A stretch of 64,000 bases of DNA, taken from contig CAINCE010000073.1 of the NCBI GenBank assembly GCA_903846945.1, positions 13,626-77,625 of the forward strand, read 5' to 3'. The position numbers and the translations under genes were made by a program. Positions within the stretch are counted from its first letter, which is position 1; each line of letters opens with the position of its first letter. The notes beneath the pieces were generated by a model. It ran no database searches. It saw only the letters and a list, made by a program, of their open reading frames with translations, and was not told the DNA's origin. The DNA comes from an uncultured bacterium. Lineage in GTDB: Bacteria > Patescibacteriota > Minisyncoccia > Phycocordibacterales > PALSA-1337. This document shows, piece after piece, positions 20,479 through 27,366 of the stretch.

Positions 20479-20850
20479 ATGAATACAAACAACAAAGAGG
20501 TAGCCGCAAACTCTATAAAAGCGGTAGAGGCGTACAGGGCACAGATCGCCAATCTGCAGAGTCAAATCTGCAAATTGGAAGAGGCGGCCGCGGTCGCCAT
20601 GGAGACACTCGTCGGGGCGAAGGTTGCCGACGGCTGGAAGAAGTTTGAATACTATTCCAGCTACTACGGGTCGCATAGTGAGCTCGGTGAGGGTGATGAG
20701 GAGAGGACGCTCCTCTTTCACCCCAGTGTGGACTTGTCCACATGGGACGGTGTGTCGTTCTCGCATGGCCATCGTGGCCAGAGCGAGGAAAACGGGCGGT
20801 TCTGTAAGTGGCTCTCCGGTCTCCCGGAAGGTCACTACATCGAACTGTAG
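20479..20850 (+). CDS. hypothetical protein
   Basis: 124 aa from MNTNNKEV; coiled-coil N-terminus; follows HHR2; GC-rich. Confidence 0.4.
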   Translation: MNTNNKEVAANSIKAVEAYRAQIANLQSQICKLEEAAAVAMETLVGAKVADGWKKFEYYSSYYGSHSELGEGDEERTLLFHPSVDLSTWDGVSFSHGHRGQSEENGRFCKWLSGLPEGHYIEL

Positions 20851-20851
20851 T

Positions 20852-20956
20852 GATTTACCTGCTGTAACAGGTTGATTTAACCGGACGAGTCTTTACAGAG
20901 ATTCCTCCACTTCATTGAGCCGTATGAGTGAAAGATTCTCGTCGGTTCATAGAGTT
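20852..20956 (+). ncRNA. conserved structured RNA element, copy A (unclassified)
   Basis: About 105 nt near-identical to 22629..22733: hairpin ACCTG-CTGTAA-CAGGT; hairpin GACGAGTCTT-TACA-GAGATTC..; palindrome CTCAATTGAG; hairpin ATGAG-TGAAAGATT-CTCGT. Covarying base pairs between the two copies. Confidence 0.55.
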
Positions 20957-20978
20957 CGTTAAATGGGAGAAAAAAATT

Positions 20979-21140
20979 ATGGGTATGAACCTAGGTGGTG
21001 TGAAGGTGAAAGGCGGTTCTGGTGGGAAGCGGGGACACTCCGGGATGTGTCATTGGATGCCGACCGAGCAGGTAAAGGTAGTATCCAAGAAGGCCCGCCG
21101 CCGTGAAGATAAGTGCCTGGTTAAGCCTTCGGCCGAGTGA
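20979..21140 (+). CDS. small basic hypothetical protein
   Basis: 53 aa MGMNLGGVKVKGGSGGKRGHSGMCHW...; GGGAG 12 nt upstream. The track's 20928 GTG start lies inside the conserved RNA element. Confidence 0.3.
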   Translation: MGMNLGGVKVKGGSGGKRGHSGMCHWMPTEQVKVVSKKARRREDKCLVKPSAE

Positions 21141-21315
21141 TCGGCTTAGTAACACCTCTAACCAAGGTTGCCACAAAATTCCTCCTTCGCTCTAATGAGC
21201 TATGGAGGGACAAGCCGGTGGTGTAAATCAAGGTAAAGAGTTTTGTCCCCGTCTTTCTCAGAAAAGACGGAGAGCCTAGAGGAAGCAGAGCCTCACCGAG
21301 ATATATCTCTCGGTT

Positions 21316-21388
21316 CTGTCTCGGAATATCGTTCCGACTGATGAGTCCCTCTACATCCTATTCGGGGTGAGAGTGAAGGACGAAACAG
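21316..21388 (+). ncRNA. hammerhead ribozyme, type III with extended stem II (HHR3)
   Basis: CTGTC / TCGGAATATCGTTCCGA / CTGATGAG / extended stem II GTCC-CTCT-A-CATCC-TATTC-GGGTG-AGAG-TGAA-GGAC / GAAA / ACAG. Upstream hairpin CCGAGAT-ATAT-CTCTCGG at 21295..21312. Confidence 0.75.
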
Positions 21389-21410
21389 AGTTGGTCTTTA
21401 AAATCAAATT

Positions 21411-21674
21411 ATGCCAATGTTAAAAACCAATGTGGTGCCGTACAACAAGACGGCGAGCTGCAACCGGCAGCCAGTAAATGTCAACCATCAGCAGAAAATC
21501 GTGGTAGTCAATACACGGTGCGGTGATGGTCAGGAAGGGAAACACCAGACCCATCTGGACGCCATGGTCAAAGTCGAGGCCGAAAAGGGATTCAAAATCC
21601 TTCAGGCATCGACGGTGATCGTGCCAGTGAGTGCTGGGCTGCTCTTCTCTACGACGGTGGTGTTGGTGTCGTGA
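21411..21674 (+). CDS. hypothetical protein
   Basis: 87 aa; follows HHR3 after a conserved acagagttggtctttaaaat spacer. Confidence 0.35.
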   Translation: MPMLKTNVVPYNKTASCNRQPVNVNHQQKIVVVNTRCGDGQEGKHQTHLDAMVKVEAEKGFKILQASTVIVPVSAGLLFSTTVVLVS

Positions 21675-21765
21675 GCGGTGCAGGGTAGACAAGGCTGATG
21701 GTTCCTAGTAATCATTCTCGACCACGGAGTGCAGTGGTAGACGTGATCGCCCTACGGTAGTGGGT

Positions 21766-21796
21766 GCGTAATTCCGAGGGGAAGCTCCTCGGCGCC
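21766..21796 (+). repeat. motif GCGTAATTCCGAGGGGAAGCTCCTCGGCGC (hairpin)
   Basis: Near-identical copy on the minus strand at about 25266..25296; both sit between a gene end and a hairpin+HHR. Confidence 0.5.
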
Positions 21797-21814
21797 TGGT
21801 GAGCGGAAACTACT

Positions 21815-21834
21815 GGAAAGATGCAAATCTTTCC
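21815..21834 (+). terminator. hairpin GGAAAGAT-GCAA-ATCTTTCC immediately upstream of HHR4
   Basis: 8-bp perfect stem 2 nt before the ribozyme. Confidence 0.45.
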
Positions 21835-21836
21835 TT

Positions 21837-21909
21837 CTGTCGCGAAGTTGAACTTCGCCTGATGAGTCCCTCTACATCCTTTTCGGGATGAGAGTGAAGG
21901 ACGAAACAG
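21837..21909 (+). ncRNA. hammerhead ribozyme, type III with extended stem II (HHR4)
   Basis: CTGTC / stem I GCGAAGT-TGA-ACTTCGC / CTGATGAG / same extended stem II as HHR3 / GAAA / ACAG; followed by the same acagagttggtctttaaaat spacer. Confidence 0.8.
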
Positions 21910-21926
21910 AGTTGGTCTTTAAAATT

Positions 21927-22622
21927 ATGAAGCACGTAAATATGACCCCGCGGCAGTGGGGATTCAGTATTGAACCGTTTCCGGCCTTCCGGTCGGAGAT
22001 AGTCTATGGTCGGCACAAGCACGACCAACAGTTTCTCCCTGTTAAGGGAATATCTCCCGTTACCACATTTACTGTGGAAGGCGGAGGAGTCGTTCTCTAC
22101 AAGGGAACGGACTGTGTTCTGGCGCAAAAAACAGTCGCAGACTTTGATGATGTTCAGCGGAAAAAAGTCCCGTTCACATTGTCGCATGCGATATTCACGG
22201 TATCACCGCAGACTCTGCCGGAGAATCGCTTCCAGGTCATCAAGACCAAGGAGAAGGGAACCATCATGGTTGTACCTGGCGAGGACCTGACCAGACGATG
22301 CCTACTGTTCGCAGAGTGCAAGGGTGGGTTTCGTGGCGGCGTTGCACTCATCGGTGGGAGCAATTCAGCTGACGTCATCAAGAAGTGTCATGCCGGAGAT
22401 GCTTGCGATAGCTTGATGGCTGTTATCGCAATACTAGAGGTGGATCAGTCTATCGCATTTCATTCCTGGGGCAGGAGGAAGGACGAAGTCTACCGCCATG
22501 CTTGGGATGGTGAGACCATCAAGGTCGAGCATTATTCCATAGACGAATGGAACGTCAGGAGTGAGCTCATCACTGCCGATGTGGCACAGGCTCATGAAGC
22601 TCTTCCGGGCGACGGAAGTTGA
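21927..22622 (+). CDS. hypothetical protein
   Basis: 231 aa from MKHVNMTPRQWG; follows HHR4; no motif recognised. Confidence 0.45.
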   Translation: MKHVNMTPRQWGFSIEPFPAFRSEIVYGRHKHDQQFLPVKGISPVTTFTVEGGGVVLYKGTDCVLAQKTVADFDDVQRKKVPFTLSHAIFTVSPQTLPENRFQVIKTKEKGTIMVVPGEDLTRRCLLFAECKGGFRGGVALIGGSNSADVIKKCHAGDACDSLMAVIAILEVDQSIAFHSWGRRKDEVYRHAWDGETIKVEHYSIDEWNVRSELITADVAQAHEALPGDGS

Positions 22623-22628
22623 TAGTGG

Positions 22629-22733
22629 TATTTACCTGCTGTAACAGGTTGATTTTAACCAGACGAGTTTTTACAGAAACTCGTCTACTCAATTGAGCTG
22701 TACGAGTGAAAGATTCTCGTCGGTTCATAGAGT
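22629..22733 (+). ncRNA. conserved structured RNA element, copy B (unclassified)
   Basis: See copy A; hairpin here is GACGAGTTTT-TACA-GAAACTCGTC (the C:G pair in A is U:A in B) and ACGAG-TGAAAGATT-CTCGT (U:G in A becomes C:G in B). Confidence 0.55.
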
Positions 22734-22762
22734 GTTCGGTGAAATTTTGCAAAAAAGAAAAT

Positions 22763-23026
22763 ATGTTGAAAATTCCAGTGAATGGTGCGGAGATTCAAGA
22801 GGTCGATGGGGTCGAGTACCTTGTTGCGCGACTGGACAAGACACTGGTGTGTTCAGACTACGTAGACGAGTTGAGGAAGGGTCGTCCCGTAGTTGTGCCT
22901 AGCTCCAAGCGCGGGCATTTGACGACTCAGCTCAAGGCAGGGAACATCTCCACCCGGCAGAAGTCTATGGTTGCCGGACAGTGGATAGCCTTCATACCAT
23001 GTGAAGCGAGGGAGTTCAAGTCCTGA
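22763..23026 (+). CDS. hypothetical protein
   Basis: 88 aa MLKIPVNGAEIQEVDGVEYLVARLDK...; the track's 22706 GTG start lies inside RNA element B. Confidence 0.35.
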   Translation: MLKIPVNGAEIQEVDGVEYLVARLDKTLVCSDYVDELRKGRPVVVPSSKRGHLTTQLKAGNISTRQKSMVAGQWIAFIPCEAREFKS

Positions 23027-23375
23027 TCGTAGGAAAGACTTCCAAAGGATCACTCTAACCTTCTCAAAAGAGTGTATTGTCACCGTAAGAACAATGGTGA
23101 GAGATTTCAAAACACCGTACGAAAGTGCGGTTTTTTCATAGTGAATAAGAGCGTTTTTTACATTGTCCCAAAAACGGAACCACCCCCTTTCGGGGGTTCT
23201 GTAAGCTTTATTGCCGTGAATATTACAGTGAATGCGTGCAAGTTGTGCTAGAGGTATCTTATGTGCTAACATATGCATACACAGAGACATTATCCGAACT
23301 GTCACCGGACGGTGGCTTGGTTGGGACAACCAACATAGGTAGTGTATCGGGAAATCGCCCTTCGGGGCTTTTTCT

Positions 23376-24032
23376 TTATTTAAATCGCCATTCATCCTCG
23401 ATATGTTTCCGAATGATCTTTTTGTAAATAATTCCATCTTGTTTGTTACCCTCATAACTCCTCCGTATGCTCCCAGCGATCATATCAGCCAATTGGATGA
23501 GCACGTTATCTTTTGAGTCTGAAAACTTCAAATTTGAAATCACCTTAATTCCATTTGAGTTAAGAGATTTTCGTAGGTATGATGAAAAATTCCTCCGGAA
23601 AGCCCTGTCTCCACTACCATCAAGCTTGATCTTTGCTTCTAGAATACTCATATCACTGTGTTTCAGTAACATCTTTATGGAATAACTATAAAATGAATTC
23701 TTGTCATTTTTTAACTCATCACTATGTAGGATGGTCTTGTCTATAACCAGTGTTCTAACTTTAAATGCAAACACGTTGATAGTATTCATGAAACCTAGAC
23801 GGACTTTTTTGTTTGACTTGTTAAACTTGAATTCCATCGTATCTGGAAATCCGATACTTCTCCTAAACTCTTTTATGGCCACGGCAACCTTTTCGGCTTC
23901 TAACGGATCGTCGAATATGACAGCGGCAATAACAAAAATCTTGCTCGATCCTCTTTCGAATTTGAATCCAGCATCACCGGAATCATCGATGAATACTAAA
24001 GTTTGCGAATTTTGTGTGTGTTTGCTAAGCAT
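23376..24032 (-). CDS. DUF3800 family protein
   Basis: 218 aa; LVFIDDSGDAGF at the N-terminus and LIQLADMIAGSI near the C-terminus are DUF3800 hallmarks; AT-rich gene inside a GC-rich island. Confidence 0.65.
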   Translation of the reverse strand: MLSKHTQNSQTLVFIDDSGDAGFKFERGSSKIFVIAAVIFDDPLEAEKVAVAIKEFRRSIGFPDTMEFKFNKSNKKVRLGFMNTINVFAFKVRTLVIDKTILHSDELKNDKNSFYSYSIKMLLKHSDMSILEAKIKLDGSGDRAFRRNFSSYLRKSLNSNGIKVISNLKFSDSKDNVLIQLADMIAGSIRRSYEGNKQDGIIYKKIIRKHIEDEWRFK

Positions 24033-24400
24033 ATCGTGGAACTATTATACTCTCGAAATATTGATTGGCTAGTGAGGACAAAAAATCCCCACGAGGCTAC
24101 GGATATAGACATAGGACTTAGTCGAGAAGCGGTGTTTAGAGGAGAGAGATTTTGCAATCACTCACACCGCCTCGCTACATAATCCGATATCATACCCATA
24201 GCCCCGCGGGGACTCGTGTTTAGACACTAATAATAACTCAATGAGCCTGTAAACCTCTAAATTTATAGGCTCAATAAAGTGGAGATTTTCTTGAAATCTC
24301 CAGAAAAGCACCGAGAAACCAATCTCGGAAACCATTATCGCTCCACTCTGCGATCGAGGAAAGTTTTAGAGGGTGACTTTCAACCTATTGACGTCAGCTA

Positions 24401-24940
24401 TTATACCGACGTCTTCTGGAGCCGCGCCATCGCGTGCTCCCACGCGACCGCAGCAGCGGTCGCATCGTACATGGGGTGGTGCGCCACCCCCGCGAACGGC
24501 ACCGCGATGCCGTTCTTTTTGTTATATGCGTCCACTGAGGACGCGTCCTCGCTCAGTGCGAGGAGCGCCGTGCCTAGGTCATGTAGGCACGGATAAGGGC
24601 CCTCGAAGGCCCGTTCGTCGAGATTTCTCTCGACGCAGCGGCGGAACAGCCCCGATTCCACGGGGCTACCGCAATGGGCGATCACAGTCGCCCCTACCTT
24701 TTGGGCCTGCCAAAAGGCCCAGAAGGCCTCTTCCAACTCCTCCGAAGAGGAGTGGGAGACCGGCATCCCCGCCAGAGCGGGGAGAACGTTTGCACGCACC
24801 CAGCCGTCCGACACGGCTGAGTCGGCGATCCGGCCCTCGAAGCGGGCCGTTTCCACACCGTCCACCCGGACGGTCGCGGCGATTGCGAATGACGGGCCAT
24901 ACAGCCCGTCAACTTCTGCGTCACAACTAAAGATTTTCAT
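24401..24940 (-). CDS. DEDDh-type 3'-5' exonuclease (DnaQ-like fold), putative
   Basis: 179 aa, GC-rich; IFSCDAEVDGL (Exo I D-x-E), AHCGSPVESGLF (Exo II-like), HHPMYDATAAA (Exo III H-x4-D); GAGG 13 nt upstream of ATG. Confidence 0.5.
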   Translation of the reverse strand: MKIFSCDAEVDGLYGPSFAIAATVRVDGVETARFEGRIADSAVSDGWVRANVLPALAGMPVSHSSSEELEEAFWAFWQAQKVGATVIAHCGSPVESGLFRRCVERNLDERAFEGPYPCLHDLGTALLALSEDASSVDAYNKKNGIAVPFAGVAHHPMYDATAAAVAWEHAMARLQKTSV

Positions 24941-24954
24941 AATATTCCTACCTC

Positions 24955-25135
24955 TCTATTCGTCCAACAATCTCTTTCTAATCACACATCGTGCGACTAC
25001 ATCCCTCCTCCAGGAATGCTCAACTGAGAAAAAAGACCACCGAAGTTTCGATTGGTAGAATGTATTCATTATGTTCGAGCTTATCTTCTGTAATGATAAT
25101 GAATACGTTCCACCAATCGATAGTAGTAGAAACAT
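24955..25135 (-). repeat. 181-bp conserved 5' leader, copy 1, upstream of the DEDDh exonuclease gene
   Basis: About 95% identical to 27186..27366; contains a roughly 24-bp imperfect hairpin (cgattggtggaacgtattcattat ... ataatgaatacattctaccaatcg). Confidence 0.7.
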
Positions 25136-25146
25136 ATGATATTTTT

Positions 25147-25197
25147 CTGTTTTCGTCCTTTCGGACTCATCAGTCGGGATACACATCCCGAGAACAG
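25147..25197 (-). ncRNA. hammerhead ribozyme, type III (HHR5, minus strand)
   Basis: Minus-strand read: CTGTTC / TCGGGA-TGTGTA-TCCCGA / CTGATGAG / GTCC-GAAA-GGAC / GAAA / AACAG; stem III 5 bp; cleavage after UUC. Preceded on the minus strand by hairpin GGAGAAGCTTTTGGTTAAAAGCTTCTCC (25199..25226). Confidence 0.75.
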
Positions 25198-25335
25198 TGG
25201 AGAAGCTTTTAACCAAAAGCTTCTCCATTTAACCTATGAAGTATTTTCCGCGTGCCTCATCATCACGCGCCGGGGAGCTTCCCCTCGGAATTACGCGGTA
25301 TGTTTATAGTCTTACCGATAAGACTTGAAGTGCTA

Positions 25336-25671
25336 CTACGGCAGCAATTGGTTGCCGTGTTGCTCACGGAGCTTGGCCATTCGTTTGGCCACCCTCCTCT
25401 GCATCGCCGCATACCTGTGCGGCGGTTCGGTGAATCCGGGAACTTCCCGGTTATGTGCGAGGTCGTCGCACATCTGCTCCACCATGATGGCAAGGATGAA
25501 CTCCTTGTCATCATGGGTGAATTCCTGGGACTCGCCCAGGTCCTGTGTCCAAACCAAGTATGGTCGCACTAGCGACTCATACTGGCTGCCGATACTGATT
25601 CCGGCGGCAGTACCCAAATTTTCTGATGTATTCATGCAACCTATTTCCGATCCTTCAGAAACAAATTGCAT
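25336..25671 (-). CDS. hypothetical acidic protein
   Basis: GC-rich ORF; start uncertain (the track's N-terminus MEKLLVKSFST is a translated palindromic hairpin); DKEFILAIMVEQMCDDLAHNREVPGF. Confidence 0.3.
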   Translation of the reverse strand: MQFVSEGSEIGCMNTSENLGTAAGISIGSQYESLVRPYLVWTQDLGESQEFTHDDKEFILAIMVEQMCDDLAHNREVPGFTEPPHRYAAMQRRVAKRMAKLREQHGNQLLP

Positions 25672-25812
25672 GAATACATCTAAGACTCTAAGAGCCAACC
25701 TCCTGGGAGACCGGCTCAATAAAGTGGAGAAGCTTTTAACCAAAAGCTTCTCCATTTAACCTTGCGACGATTTATCCAGTAACGGAAAGGAAGTCGCTGT
25801 TCCTTTGTTGTA

Positions 25813-26424
25813 TTAGGTCATTGCCCGTATAACGGACAGTGAGACGTCTCTGGGGGCGTCACTCTCTCCGACGGGATGCAACCCACCCCTCCAACTCTCG
25901 AGGGCTTCGGTGTACATCCCATGTTTGGTGGGATGATACACATGCGCGGGCTCGCCTCGCAAGAAAGCCCCGTTGGTCCACCAGAATAAAATTAGGGAAA
26001 TGCACTCTTTGTCTTTGTGTGCTTTCCCGTATTCTGATTTGTACCCAGAATCGATAAGGAGCTGCCAGTCAATGTCTGGTAGCTCCTCGACCAACCATTC
26101 CGGGTGGCCGTGATCTTCCCATTGGATTAACTCGTCCAATGGTAGGAAGATGTCTTTCTGAAACACTAGTTTCAGAAAGTAATTCTGTAAATTTTCCGAG
26201 CACAACCGCGTGCTCGCTTCTAGGAGTTGCCGTTGCAACTCCTTGTTCAGCCAGTAGGAGATCTTTCCGTCTCCTGACTGGATGTACCCCTTACAGGTCA
26301 GGCGGTTCGCGCCTGACCTGTAGGTCGTTTCACGAGTCCCCATGCCATCGGGGGACTCGTATTTAACTACTGTTTGCGTGCCGAACGGCTCAACGTCGGC
26401 ACGCAACATTCTCATTTGCGACAT
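25813..26424 (-). CDS. hypothetical protein
   Basis: 203 aa; AAGGAGG 9 nt upstream of ATG on the minus strand; no motif recognised. Confidence 0.5.
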   Translation of the reverse strand: MSQMRMLRADVEPFGTQTVVKYESPDGMGTRETTYRSGANRLTCKGYIQSGDGKISYWLNKELQRQLLEASTRLCSENLQNYFLKLVFQKDIFLPLDELIQWEDHGHPEWLVEELPDIDWQLLIDSGYKSEYGKAHKDKECISLILFWWTNGAFLRGEPAHVYHPTKHGMYTEALESWRGGLHPVGESDAPRDVSLSVIRAMT

Positions 26425-26785
26425 TTTAATGCCCTCCTTCTAGGGCATGTTTCCACAACTTGTTTCGCATGTGGATTGCGGTTCGAGAAGATCATTCTCT
26501 ATCAACCGTCAACATGGAAGTTGTTGGCTGAATAAAGCGGAGAAATTTACGTATTCTCCAATTGACTTTCGTCACGGCAAGCAACCACGCCTGCAACCCG
26601 ATCTAGGATTGACCTCCATCCTTGATCATTATAGGAGTATTCAGATTTGTCTTGCGACAGGTCTCATACACAAAACCTTTTTACTTTTTTTGACACGACC
26701 AGTTTGTCCCTCCGAAGCCTGTTGGGGCGAAGGAGGAATTTTGTCGCAACTATAGGCTATCCCTATAGGTTTTTACGTCCAGAGC

Positions 26786-27172
26786 TTAGTAGCTGTGGAC
26801 GAGACGGAAGCCCTTGAACGTGAAGATGAACTCCTTCTTCACGGTCCCGTCCGGCTGCGGGATGTCCTTAGACACCCGCGGTGTGACGCTCTCAACGAGC
26901 TCAGCGCCAGCCTGGCGTGCCAGCGCCTGCACAGCGCTAGCCAACTGAGCCTGACCCATAATGTGGGCCACGTCGCCGGCGGAAAATCCGCCGACCGCCA
27001 AGGCGATTTCCTCGGCGCGCTGGACAAACCAGTCACGACCTAGATTGGCGTCGTCCGGAACGATCAAGAGCTTCTTGTCGTTCACCTGGACCACTTCACG
27101 TCCGCCTTCGGACGCCGCGGTGATCTGTTCCGCCGTGGGGACGTGGGACATTATAAATGCAAAAGTTTTCAT
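26786..27172 (-). CDS. small hypothetical protein P2, paralog of 19582..19965
   Basis: 128 aa MKTFAFIMSHVPTAEQ...LLIVPDD...GAELVESVTPRVSKDIPQPDGTVKKE. Confidence 0.5.
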   Translation of the reverse strand: MKTFAFIMSHVPTAEQITAASEGGREVVQVNDKKLLIVPDDANLGRDWFVQRAEEIALAVGGFSAGDVAHIMGQAQLASAVQALARQAGAELVESVTPRVSKDIPQPDGTVKKEFIFTFKGFRLVHSY

Positions 27173-27185
27173 ATTTTTTCTACCA

Positions 27186-27366
27186 TCTATTCGTCCAATA
27201 ATCTCTTTCTAATCACACATTGTGCGACTACATCCCTCCTCCAGGAATGCTCAACTGAGAAAAGAGACTATCGAAGTTTCGATTGGTAGAATGTATTCAT
27301 TATGTTCGAGCTTATCTTCTGTAATGATAATGAATACGTTCCACCAATCGAGAGTAGTAGAAACAT
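27186..27366 (-). repeat. 181-bp conserved 5' leader, copy 2, upstream of P2
   Basis: See 24955..25135. Confidence 0.7.

Noticed and set aside
20928-22902. ORFs 20928..21140 and 22706..23026 both starting MKDSRRFIE, and 22693..22902
   Set aside because: The shared N-terminus comes from GTG-initiated translation of the conserved structured RNA element (copies A and B). In-frame ATGs with Shine-Dalgarno-like sequences lie downstream, so the conservation is nucleotide-level rather than a conserved peptide.
22853-23455. 200-aa minus-strand ORF overlapping 22763..23026 and the terminator-rich spacer
   Set aside because: Overlaps a plus-strand ORF and runs through two strong terminator hairpins; no motif, so likely spurious.
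24279-24930. Plus-strand ORFs 24279..24596 and 24373..24930 (Pro/Arg-rich)
   Set aside because: Antisense to the DEDDh exonuclease gene; extreme P/R/S composition typical of wrong-frame GC-rich translation.
24956-25755. Minus-strand ORFs 24956..25228 and 25336..25755 both beginning MEKLLVKSFST
   Set aside because: That peptide is the translation of the palindromic hairpin GGAGAAGCTTTTGGTTAAAAGCTTCTCC. The first ORF also runs through HHR5 and the 181-bp leader. Only the distal part of 25336..25755 is kept as a low-confidence CDS.
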